64,000 bases of DNA from an uncultured virus (IMG/VR IMGVR_UViG_3300030012_002808) (lineage: Duplodnaviria; Heunggongvirae; Uroviricota; Caudoviricetes): IMG/VR virus record IMGVR_UViG_3300030012_002808; one strand, 5' to 3'. Below are positions 1 through 7,560 of the stretch, in pieces. Position 1 is the stretch's first letter. Each line of letters starts with the position of its first letter. A program made the position numbers and the translations under genes. Under the pieces are notes generated by a model, which saw nothing but the letters and a program-made list of their open reading frames with translations, did not search any database and had not been told where the DNA came from.

Positions 1-39
1 TATTGATGAATTATTAACTAACCTTGAAAAACTTTAATT

Positions 40-267
40 ATGGCTAGATTTTACGAAGCAGATACAACGGATGGAACACCTGTATTGATTAATATTGATC
101 ATATAGTAAAAGTAGAACCTTTCTACCAATATCAAAAGGAAACGTATAATATGGGTGCTACTACTATTGATTTAGGAGGAGTTGTTGTGAATCTTGATAT
201 TCCTTATGAAACCGTAGTAAAGAGTATTAAGCTAAGACAAGATAGTCCTAAAGAAAAAATATATTAG
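40..267 (+). CDS. hypothetical protein
   Basis: 75-aa ORF with A-rich leader; LINIDHIVKVEP segment resembles small beta-rich phage proteins. Confidence 0.7.
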   Translation: MARFYEADTTDGTPVLINIDHIVKVEPFYQYQKETYNMGATTIDLGGVVVNLDIPYETVVKSIKLRQDSPKEKIY

Positions 268-268
268 T

Positions 269-475
269 ATGTGGAGATATAGTAATTATTATTACACCAT
301 ATTAACATTGATGGTGGTATCTGGGGCTTGGTCATTTTTGACTTTTACTAACAACAATACAATTGCATCTATTATAGGTGCAGTTGTATCATTTATATTA
401 CTTTTACATCTTAGAAAGATGGATCCAAAAATTAAATACATAAAGGAGGAAAAGCATGACAGAACCAGAAGATAA
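269..475 (+). CDS. small membrane protein
   Basis: 68 aa, two hydrophobic segments, starts 1 nt after the previous stop. Confidence 0.65.
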   Translation: MWRYSNYYYTILTLMVVSGAWSFLTFTNNNTIASIIGAVVSFILLLHLRKMDPKIKYIKEEKHDRTRR

Positions 476-608
476 AGAAATTTATACCTCTATGGGTATA
501 CTAATGGAGTTACAGGGATTAGACCCTTTGGGTAACATTGAGTCTAATTTTGCAGATGATGCAATTAATGATATCTTTGATGATATGATTGATCCTTATG
601 ATTGTTAA
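456..608 (+). CDS. small acidic hypothetical protein (not in ORF track)
   Basis: ATG 456 to TAA 608, 50 aa MTEPEDKEIY...DPYDC, overlaps the end of the previous gene. Confidence 0.55.
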   Translation: MTEPEDKEIYTSMGILMELQGLDPLGNIESNFADDAINDIFDDMIDPYDC

Positions 609-613
609 GATAA

Positions 614-712
614 GCGTTGGTAGGTGAATAACGCAGGATTGATCATCTAAAAACTACCATTGTATAATCCAAGTACCTGGGATGCATCAGGTCTAAAACA
701 AACCTTGGAGGT
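614..712 (+). ncRNA. putative structured RNA with loop-loop pairing
   Basis: GCGTT(614-618)/AACGC(630-634); loop GGTAG(619-623) complementary to CTACC(654-658) inside GGATTG/TAATCC; TCCAAG/CTTGGA enclosing ACCTG/CAGGT. Confidence 0.4.
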
Positions 713-775
713 TACTAAATAAAACAGGAGCATGGTACTCATCTCCATAAGAGCAAAACTGTGTACTAAAAATAA

Positions 776-844
776 AGAATACTTCAGCAATATCTTTTAA
801 ACAGATAAGAGGTATGCCTCAGCCAGAAGTGAGGTAGTATTCTG
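776..844 (+). ncRNA. TTCAGCAA stem RNA, copy 1 (candidate Y-RNA-like)
   Basis: AGAATACT(776-783)/AGTATTCT(836-843) closes TCAGCAA plus two internal hairpins (TATCT/AGATA and TGCCTCA/TGAGGTA). Confidence 0.6.
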
Positions 845-847
845 AAA

Positions 848-918
848 TGTGAACTTAAAGGTTAATTCAGCATTATTTATATAATAACTAAAAAGAAAGT
901 AAGAACCTGTTGTTCACA
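848..918 (+). ncRNA. TTCAGCA stem RNA, copy 2
   Basis: TGTGAAC/GTTCACA outer stem; AGGTT-AA-TTCAGCA...AACCT-G inner stem, same layout as copy 1. Confidence 0.5.
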
Positions 919-928
919 CATTCGAGCA

Positions 929-1024
929 AGAGTTACTTCAGCAAACAAAACACTTTAAATAGAAGAGAGAGTGGTGTCAGCTAGTAGCTTGTGGTCTCAA
1001 AACTGACACCATTCATTATTAACC
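929..1024 (+). ncRNA. TTCAGCAA element, copy 3, with 12-bp hairpin
   Basis: AGAGTTACTTCAGCAA shares TACTTCAGCAA with copy 1; GAGTGGTGTCAG(969-980)/CTGACACCATTC(1003-1014). Confidence 0.45.
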
Positions 1025-1028
1025 AAGA

Positions 1029-1062
1029 TAAATAGGGGAGGTCATTAAGCCTTCCCTATTTA
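1029..1062 (+). promoter_or_regulatory. strong hairpin in the leader of the DUF2828-like gene
   Basis: TAAATAGGGGAGG-TCATTAAG-CCTTCCCTATTTA inverted repeat ending 28 nt before the ATG. Confidence 0.55.
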
Positions 1063-1090
1063 CAATTATTTACACACAAAACTTATTACT

Positions 1091-2509
1091 ATGAGCGAAT
1101 TAGTAAACGCATTAACAAAAAATTCAGTAGCAACAACAGCAAATGGAGCTACAACACATTCAACATCACTTAACAATTGTGTTGATTTATTCTTCCTAGC
1201 AGGAGCATCACGAACAATGAGTGAAACCGACATTATACAATTATTTTGTCGTGCAAGAGTAGAAAACAAGCAATTAGCTTGGCGTATTGTTCTTTGGGCA
1301 AGAGATTGTAGAGGTGGAGCAGGAGAGAAAAGATTCTTTAGAGTCATTGGTAAGTTTGCATCACAACATTTTTCTGATGAGTGGGAGCATATAGCTCTTG
1401 CTGTTCCTGAAGTAGGAAGTTGGAAAGATTTGTTTCTTATTGAAGAACCAAATACTAATAACTTGAATTTTCTAGCTATTCAGCTAAGAGAAAACAAGAA
1501 TAAAGGGTTACTTGCAAAGTACTTTCCTAGAAAAGGTAAGTGGTTTACAGCAATGCATAAGTATCTAGGGTGGACACCTAAACAGTTTAGGAAATTTCTT
1601 GTTTCTGAAACTAAAGTGGTGGAGCATTTGATATGCAAGAACCAGATAGGATTGATTAATTATTCTACAGTGCCTTCAGTTGCTATGAATAGGTATAAAA
1701 ATTTATTTGATCGTAAAGATGGAAGTAGATTTAATACATATATTCAAGCTGTACTTGAAGGAAAGAGTAAGATTAATTCTTCTGTGTTGTTTCCTAATGA
1801 CATTATTAAACCTTTACTGGTTAATCACTGGTTTGCACCATCAGTTGAGAAAGTAAATGCTATACAAGCACAATGGAATGCACTACCTGACTATATGTCA
1901 AATAGCACAGACCGTATATTGCCTGTATGTGATGTATCAGGATCTATGTACAATGGGGGATTACCTATACAGGTTAGTGTTGCATTAGGGTTGTATATTT
2001 CTGAAAGAAATAAAGGTATCTTTAAGGATGCAGTTATGACTTTTAGTTCTACTCCTGAAATGCACCGAGTATATGGTAGTACCATACAAGATAGAGTTCA
2101 TTCTCTTTCTAATGCAAAGTGGGGTTACAATACTGATCTTCAAAAAACCTTTGAAGTTATTCTTGATGCAGCAGTTGAAAATGCCATACCAGTATATGAA
2201 ATGCCTAATAAGCTTTTAATTATATCTGATATGGAGTTTGATCAATGTGGTGAGCAAACTAACTTAGTAAGAATAAGAGAACAGTACGATGCTGCTGGCT
2301 ACAAATTACCAGAAATTATTTTCTGGAATGTAAATGGTAGACCAGGTAATGTACCTGCTCGTAGTTCTGAAAAAGGTATAGGTTTAGTAAGTGGGTTTAG
2401 TCCTGCTATACTAAAAACAATTCTTGCAGGTCAGGTAGTTGATCCTACTGAACTTATGCGAGATGCAGTAGATATTGAAAGATATTCTAATATTACTAGG
2501 GACCTGTAA
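1091..2509 (+). CDS. DUF2828-family / TROVE(Ro60)-like protein with C-terminal vWA domain
   Basis: N-terminal TANGA...CVDLFF, ARDCRGGAGEK, GSWKDL, VPSVAM; vWA MIDAS DVSGSM, TFS, WGYNTD, ISDMEFD, IFWNV, VSGFS. Confidence 0.85.
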   Translation: MSELVNALTKNSVATTANGATTHSTSLNNCVDLFFLAGASRTMSETDIIQLFCRARVENKQLAWRIVLWARDCRGGAGEKRFFRVIGKFASQHFSDEWEHIALAVPEVGSWKDLFLIEEPNTNNLNFLAIQLRENKNKGLLAKYFPRKGKWFTAMHKYLGWTPKQFRKFLVSETKVVEHLICKNQIGLINYSTVPSVAMNRYKNLFDRKDGSRFNTYIQAVLEGKSKINSSVLFPNDIIKPLLVNHWFAPSVEKVNAIQAQWNALPDYMSNSTDRILPVCDVSGSMYNGGLPIQVSVALGLYISERNKGIFKDAVMTFSSTPEMHRVYGSTIQDRVHSLSNAKWGYNTDLQKTFEVILDAAVENAIPVYEMPNKLLIISDMEFDQCGEQTNLVRIREQYDAAGYKLPEIIFWNVNGRPGNVPARSSEKGIGLVSGFSPAILKTILAGQVVDPTELMRDAVDIERYSNITRDL

Positions 2510-2530
2510 CAGTGTCCCTTTTTAGGTACT

Positions 2531-2591
2531 AGACACCATTAATTGTGGGGCTCATTAGTGGGCTCCCTTGGTGNNNNNNNNNNTGGTGTCT
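2531..2591 (+). ncRNA. putative structured RNA (spans an assembly gap)
   Basis: AGACACCA/TGGTGTCT outer stem, inner GGGGCTCA-TTAG-TGGGCTCC; 10 N at 2574-2583. Confidence 0.4.
2574..2583. other. assembly gap (10 N)
   Basis: run of n; TGGTG occurs on both sides, suggesting overlapping contig ends. Confidence 0.95.
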
Positions 2592-2598
2592 TTTAAAT

Positions 2599-2685
2599 AA
2601 GACGTAAGATAAGGCAGTCCTTTAAATGATGGTACTATTTCTTAAGGCAGGGTGGCTCAGGACTCATCCCCTGTCACGTCTTTTT
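2599..2685 (+). ncRNA. three-way-junction RNA with kissing loops
   Basis: AAGACGT/ACGTCTT; TAAGA/TCTTA; GGCAGGG/CCCTGTC; loops AGTCCT(2616-2621) and AGGACT(2659-2664) are perfectly complementary. Confidence 0.55.
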
Positions 2686-2689
2686 ATAT

Positions 2690-2757
2690 TGCAAGCAGTT
2701 CTGCCACTTCAACTAAATAAGGAGAGTTTAATAGTCACTTCTTAGGCACTGCTTGCA
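2690..2757 (+). ncRNA. putative structured RNA
   Basis: TGCAAGCAGT/ACTGCTTGCA 10-bp stem with inner TAAGGAG/CTTCTTA. Confidence 0.5.
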
Positions 2758-2763
2758 TCTTAT

Positions 2764-2886
2764 TGTAGATAGTGAACAATATGGTTTTGAACACGGTTGC
2801 AAACGTAAAAGTAAGATTCAATTAAATTGTTACGAAGCATAACGTAAGACACCTTCTGGGTGGGTTTCACTATCTACATCTTTTTA
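2764..2886 (+). ncRNA. putative multibranch RNA ending in a U-tract
   Basis: TGTAGATAGTGAA(2764-2776)/TTCACTATCTACA(2866-2878) perfect 13-bp stem, inner hairpins, then T6. Confidence 0.55.
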
Positions 2887-2906
2887 TTTAGCAAAAAATC
2901 AAAGAA

Positions 2907-3020
2907 ATGTTTAAAGAACTTTGGAATGATAAGTCCGTATCAGGTAATATGTTAAAAATAATCATAGCTATATGGGCAGTAGGAATAATAGTATTAGCAA
3001 TTAACAATTTTATAAAAATA
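2907..3020 (+). CDS. small single-TM protein (not in ORF track)
   Basis: 37 aa MFKELWNDK...IIIAIWAVGIIVLAINNFIK. Confidence 0.5.
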
Positions 3021-3028
3021 ATTTAAAA

Positions 3029-3421
3029 ATGGGTATAACAGAATTAATAGGGAAGGTTTATAATAAAGAAAAACCTGGTAATGCAATGATGTCTCTTAAT
3101 CTTTATAAGACAGGAGAGACGTGGATGTTTGATGATATAGGACATGGTATTAAGCAAGAACCGTTTGTACTAGGTATGTCTGAAATCATTAGTTCATATT
3201 TACCAAAAGGTAAAGATAGATGTACAGCAATATTTAGTATGAATAAGTTTCCAGGATGTGATACGCTAGAGCTTGAATATGAAGAAGCAAATGGTGGTTG
3301 GTATCATGTTAGTGAGAGTGACTTTCCAAGTACTAAAGGAATGCGTGGATGGTTGTGTCCAGTAACAAGAGTTTACTTGAGACAAATACCACATAATATT
3401 TACTACAAAATTGAAGGATAA
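3029..3421 (+). CDS. DUF6717-like protein
   Basis: YKxxxTWMFDD...EPFVLG...GGWY...GWLCP motifs. Confidence 0.65.
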   Translation: MGITELIGKVYNKEKPGNAMMSLNLYKTGETWMFDDIGHGIKQEPFVLGMSEIISSYLPKGKDRCTAIFSMNKFPGCDTLELEYEEANGGWYHVSESDFPSTKGMRGWLCPVTRVYLRQIPHNIYYKIEG

Positions 3422-3624
3422 TGATTAAGTCAATACTAATATGGAGTTGGCTTATATCATCTGGTTATGCAGTAGATATGAATGAGAAGCATGTAGGACG
3501 TAAGTTATATACATTCTACATGCCTCAAGGCAAAACTGTAAGATATGCTTACAAAAAAGAAATCATAAGATTTATTAAAAAGAAGAATTGGGAGTTTATT
3601 AGAAGAGGAGAACAAAAAAATTAA
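3421..3624 (+). CDS. hypothetical protein
   Basis: 67 aa, start overlaps the upstream stop. Confidence 0.6.
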   Translation: MIKSILIWSWLISSGYAVDMNEKHVGRKLYTFYMPQGKTVRYAYKKEIIRFIKKKNWEFIRRGEQKN

Positions 3625-3628
3625 TAAA

Positions 3629-3802
3629 ATGAATACAAGAAAACAAGTAAAAGCAACAAAACTGGATTTAGCAAAAATATTTATACCAGTAATTGTAATA
3701 GCTACTATAGTATTATTAGCAGCTACTAGTTGTGCAAGCGGTATACACTGTGATGCATATGGTCAAAATAATGTAGAATTAAATAAAGAGGTTGCTAAAT
3801 AG
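3629..3802 (+). CDS. small putative lipoprotein (not in ORF track)
   Basis: 57 aa: basic N-terminus, hydrophobic stretch, LLAATS-C lipobox, then CASGIHCDAYG. Confidence 0.6.
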   Translation: MNTRKQVKATKLDLAKIFIPVIVIATIVLLAATSCASGIHCDAYGQNNVELNKEVAK

Positions 3803-3811
3803 CAGCCTCTT
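3786..3811 (+). terminator. hairpin, possible weak terminator
   Basis: AAGAGGTTGCT-AAAT-AGCAGCCTCTT with only a short U-tract. Confidence 0.45.
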
Positions 3812-3832
3812 GGTTAAAAAATTGGAAAAGTT

Positions 3833-4441
3833 ATGGCATATAAAAAAGAAAAAAAAGGTGCTACATTAGTAGTAAATCAATCAGGTAATAGAGAAATAAA
3901 TATTACAGGTAATTATTTTAACAGGTATGTTCATCATAAAGTTAAGATCAAGGAAAACAAGACTGAAATACATGTAGGAGCACATAAATATACAGATTAT
4001 GATAAACCAATAGTTTGGAGAGCACAATGGTTAAAAAATAGATTTATCAATTGTAGACAAAAAGTTGGTAATTGTACTTGGTATATTAATTTTACTCCTT
4101 CAGGTTATGTTGTATCATTTGAAGAAGAAGTTGATAGAATTGATATTGGTGATGATTTTAAAAATATCAAGAAATGTCAATTTCTTGGTAAAGTAATGAG
4201 TAGATTAAATCAGTATTTTAAGCAAGAAAAAGATAATGCTATTGTCTTAAGTCCATATGCTGAAGGACCCAACGATAAAATGTATTCAATTAAACCTGAA
4301 GTATTAATATCTTGTATTGACTCAGTTAATAAGGATTTTCCTTATTTATTAATGAGTGAACAAGAAGCATATGAACATGCTCAAAATATATTTGAGGTAA
4401 CTCAAGGTAGAGAGCCTGAATTAGATGATTTACCATTTTAA
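3833..4441 (+). CDS. hypothetical protein with SSB-like C-terminus (DDLPF)
   Basis: 202-aa ORF ending ELDDLPF. Confidence 0.75.
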   Translation: MAYKKEKKGATLVVNQSGNREINITGNYFNRYVHHKVKIKENKTEIHVGAHKYTDYDKPIVWRAQWLKNRFINCRQKVGNCTWYINFTPSGYVVSFEEEVDRIDIGDDFKNIKKCQFLGKVMSRLNQYFKQEKDNAIVLSPYAEGPNDKMYSIKPEVLISCIDSVNKDFPYLLMSEQEAYEHAQNIFEVTQGREPELDDLPF

Positions 4442-4444
4442 ACT

Positions 4445-4729
4445 ATGTGTATGAGTACTAAAAAAAAGATAAAAGAGACCAATGAAGATCTCAAGATTAT
4501 TAATTGGGAAATACATAATTTACATATGCAATTATATTATGCTAATGTGTGTTTGACTGTTGAAGAAGAATCTGATTTAGAAACAGAACTTGAAGAGTTA
4601 GAATATCAGAGATCATTAATAATATCTAAACTAAATAGTTTAGAGTTACAACATAATATTATTATTGGTTGTTTGATTGCAGTCAGTATTTTATTAATTG
4701 GTGTGGCATTTAATTATTTTGTAATATGA
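4445..4729 (+). CDS. coiled-coil protein with C-terminal TM helix
   Basis: 94 aa, Glu/Leu heptads then IIIGCLIAVSILLIGVAF. Confidence 0.65.
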   Translation: MCMSTKKKIKETNEDLKIINWEIHNLHMQLYYANVCLTVEEESDLETELEELEYQRSLIISKLNSLELQHNIIIGCLIAVSILLIGVAFNYFVI

Positions 4730-4814
4730 AAAAACCACATTATTTAGTATTTATATTATTTATATTAGCAGCATTAGCATACTGTAAGTTAGTATTTACA
4801 TAATATTATAAAAG

Positions 4815-4960
4815 CCAACCTCTAACAGAGTTATGTTGGGCACTGTAAAGTCAGTGATGTTAAGCACACAAACAAGGTATGGTGGTACGTAAGTCAATGC
4901 ACGGGGCAGAAAGCAGCAGTACGTAAAGATTCCTACTAAGACACCTAGCGCACCTTGTTT
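4815..4960 (+). ncRNA. putative structured intergenic RNA
   Basis: AAACAAGGT(4870-4878)/ACCTTGTTT(4952-4960), inner GGTG/CACC, GTACGTAA twice; upstream hairpins CCAAC/GTTGG and CACTG/CAGTG; GC-richer than flanks. Confidence 0.45.
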
Positions 4961-4984
4961 ATTTTAAAAATTAAAAAATTATAA

Positions 4985-5116
4985 ATGGAACAACCAGAAG
5001 AATATTACATCTATTTAGTAGATGGAAAAGAAAAATTTACACCAAATTATGATCTAGCTTGTAAAAGAGCTGATGAGGGAAGTAAAATAGGAATAATAAA
5101 ATCTAAACTTTATTAA
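4985..5116 (+). CDS. small hypothetical protein (not in ORF track)
   Basis: 43 aa MEQPEEYYIYLVDGKEKFTPNY..., stop overlaps the next start. Confidence 0.55.
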   Translation: MEQPEEYYIYLVDGKEKFTPNYDLACKRADEGSKIGIIKSKLY

Positions 5117-5583
5117 TGGCTAGAAATAATACAGATGAAAGAAAATCAGCTATGTTATATTACAGCATAGATGAAATTGAAAAAGCTGTGAAAGATGTAT
5201 TTAAAAATGCTAAAGGTGAATTAAGCTCTAAACAAAGAGAATATTGTAACTTATTTAGTCATATGTTATTAGAAAATGATTTAGCAATAAGTTCGTTTAT
5301 TAAGATATCTGCAGGTTTAGGCTTAGAAAGGGTTATACCTAACAATACACCTGTATCAATTCCTATTAATACACTAGCATATAACTCAACATATTCTGAA
5401 GAAGAAATTAGAGAAACAGCAGGAGAATATATGGAGAATGACAATGTTATATGTCAAATACAATCTTTTAATGGATATCATAGATATAGTCCTTATACAG
5501 TTTGTTTTCCAGGTGGTGAAGAATTAAGAACAGCTAATATAGGTAGAAAAGATTTTACTTTATTGGCTGATCTAACAAAATAG
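5116..5583 (+). CDS. hypothetical protein
   Basis: 155-aa ORF in operon. Confidence 0.75.
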   Translation: MARNNTDERKSAMLYYSIDEIEKAVKDVFKNAKGELSSKQREYCNLFSHMLLENDLAISSFIKISAGLGLERVIPNNTPVSIPINTLAYNSTYSEEEIRETAGEYMENDNVICQIQSFNGYHRYSPYTVCFPGGEELRTANIGRKDFTLLADLTK

Positions 5584-5619
5584 TATAATGTCGAGTTATA
5601 CTTTTCCAATCATAAATTT

Positions 5620-5646
5620 AAAAAAGGGCTGTGATGGCCCTTTTTT
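5620..5646. terminator. intrinsic terminator (bidirectional)
   Basis: A6-GGGCT-GTGAT-GGCCC-T6. Confidence 0.8.
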
Positions 5647-5730
5647 ATTTAGCTATATAGTGTCATAAATTTTAATAGTTTATTTCATAAGTATCTAGAT
5701 AATATTATATTTATCTGCATATTTAAGTAT

Positions 5731-5997
5731 ATGTTATATCAATTACCTAATGGAAAGTGTGTACATCTCTCAATTGAAGAGTACTTAAATCTTACACATG
5801 AAGATATACAATACCTTATGGCAGGAGATTATGGTGATCATATAGTAAATCCTTTTAAGGGATCTGCTATTGACACTAAAGCAAGCTCTAAATTTTATGA
5901 TTTTGATGAAGTCAACTTAACAGATGAAGAGATTATATCAAACAGTGGTGACCCATTTGATGATATAATTAATTTAACAGATGATTTGAACACGTAA
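5731..5997 (+). CDS. hypothetical acidic protein
   Basis: 88 aa MLYQLPNGK... Confidence 0.75.
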   Translation: MLYQLPNGKCVHLSIEEYLNLTHEDIQYLMAGDYGDHIVNPFKGSAIDTKASSKFYDFDEVNLTDEEIISNSGDPFDDIINLTDDLNT

Positions 5998-6095
5998 TAC
6001 TATCTGTATTACTTACTTATTATTATTGGAGAATAGTAATAGTTGTCTAAAATATACACTCACAAGTTTATTTATTAATTATTTAAAAATTCATT

Positions 6096-6575
6096 ATGAA
6101 TTCAAAAGTAACCGTCATTTCTGACGAAAAAACAGGAGCTGTAGTAAACCAATCTGAGAATAACCCAGAATATGGTTTTGTAAGAGTACAGCAACAAAGA
6201 ACAATGATTGATGACAATGGTTTCTTACGTAGAAAATCTATTTCTGCATTAGTACCAGGTACAGTAACAGAATTAACCGATGCAGGTTTCTATGCTGGTC
6301 AGCAATTAGATGCTAAAATTGTTGTTGAAGAATCTCTTGAGCCTTTTAATACAAAGACTCCTGAAAGAGATCTTAAGATTGCAGGTGAGACTGGAGTAGT
6401 ATGTACACTTGGTGGACTACCTATTTACAGAAGAACTATGTTATCTTTTGATGCAACTACACCTGATACACTTATCAAACACGATAATGTTGATGAATTG
6501 CGTGCTGCATATGAAGCACAAAAGTCTAAATCTGCTTTAAAACCAAACGCAGATTTTTCAAATATTGACAAGTAA
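6096..6575 (+). CDS. hypothetical beta-rich protein, possibly nucleic-acid binding
   Basis: 159 aa, followed by its own terminator. Confidence 0.8.
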   Translation: MNSKVTVISDEKTGAVVNQSENNPEYGFVRVQQQRTMIDDNGFLRRKSISALVPGTVTELTDAGFYAGQQLDAKIVVEESLEPFNTKTPERDLKIAGETGVVCTLGGLPIYRRTMLSFDATTPDTLIKHDNVDELRAAYEAQKSKSALKPNADFSNIDK

Positions 6576-6617
6576 TAAACGTATTACTTGTTGATGTGTA
6601 AATAATCAAACAAAGTG

Positions 6618-6650
6618 AAAAGAGAGGGTTGCTACACCCTCTCTTTTTTT
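6618..6650 (+). terminator. intrinsic terminator
   Basis: AAAAGAGAGGGT-TGCTAC-ACCCTCTC-T7. Confidence 0.85.
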
Positions 6651-6665
6651 ATAAAAAATTATGAT

Positions 6666-7178
6666 ATGGGAAAGTTACAAGATAATATAAAAGACTATCA
6701 GCTCAAAGCATTGAGTAAAGTGTCTGTTCAAAAAAAATCATACACTGTTTATGAGATAGATAAATACAGTGAATATCAGAACTATTTATATAATAGAAAA
6801 CTTAAAGGTTTAAAGTCTTTAACACAAAAAGAACTAGATAATATGTGTGAAAAGAAAAAACAACGCATTAGTAGAGTTCATAGAAAAGCGCAAAAAGCTA
6901 TTAATAGGTATAAACAACAATTAACTATTAAGTGGAGTAATTTAATATTCAAAACTTTATTTCCAGAAAGTCCTTTTACTCAGTTTTTGCTAGGATCTAC
7001 AGAAACAGATGATAAGTATATAAATACATTAAATTTTAAAGATTTAAAGATTGATAAAGATCAAATAATTCGTATTTTTATAGAAGAGGGAATCTTAAGT
7101 TCAAACTTTTATAGTTTAAAAGAAAATCCTTATAAGTTACCAAGACTTAAAAATGAAAATAAAACTAAAAGAATGTGA
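6666..7178 (+). CDS. basic hypothetical protein
   Basis: start moved to ATG 6666 (MGKLQ) because the track's GTG start would read through the terminator. Confidence 0.7.
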   Translation: MGKLQDNIKDYQLKALSKVSVQKKSYTVYEIDKYSEYQNYLYNRKLKGLKSLTQKELDNMCEKKKQRISRVHRKAQKAINRYKQQLTIKWSNLIFKTLFPESPFTQFLLGSTETDDKYINTLNFKDLKIDKDQIIRIFIEEGILSSNFYSLKENPYKLPRLKNENKTKRM

Positions 7179-7560
7179 TAGTTGTCAAAAGATGACTGTT
7201 ATATGGAAGAATCATGAGGGTAATAGATATTGTAAATATTGCTGGAGTTGCCGCAAAAGCAGTACTAACAAGCCACAGAAACCAAACGTGTCTGTTATCC
7301 CTCGTGTTTCTGCTAAAAGAAAGAAAAAAGATGCTGAGTATCTCAAATTAAGAGAAAGGTATCTTACTGACAATTCTTTATGTAAAGTTAATGTTAAAGG
7401 ATGTAGTAGCAATGCTACTGATGTCCATCATACATATGCAGGTAGTAACCGTGATGCTTTTTATTTAGTACAAAGTACATGGATGCCTGTTTGTAGGAAT
7501 TGTCATAATTGGATTCATGATCATCCAGAAGAAGCAAGGACATTAAAATATTTACAATGA
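7153..7560 (+). CDS. Zn-ribbon + HNH-type endonuclease
   Basis: CDSC/CKYC ribbon, then C...C...DVHH...CRNCHNWIH. Confidence 0.75.
   Translation: MKIKLKECDSCQKMTVIWKNHEGNRYCKYCWSCRKSSTNKPQKPNVSVIPRVSAKRKKKDAEYLKLRERYLTDNSLCKVNVKGCSSNATDVHHTYAGSNRDAFYLVQSTWMPVCRNCHNWIHDHPEEARTLKYLQ

Noticed and set aside
776..1024. CRISPR array or direct-repeat array
   Set aside because: The shared core is only 7-11 nt, spacing is irregular and there are no cas genes; stem-anchored RNA motifs fit better
2574..2583. N-run as a hypervariable or invertible site
   Set aside because: Exactly 10 N with TGGTG duplicated on both sides inside a hairpin is typical of a scaffolding artefact
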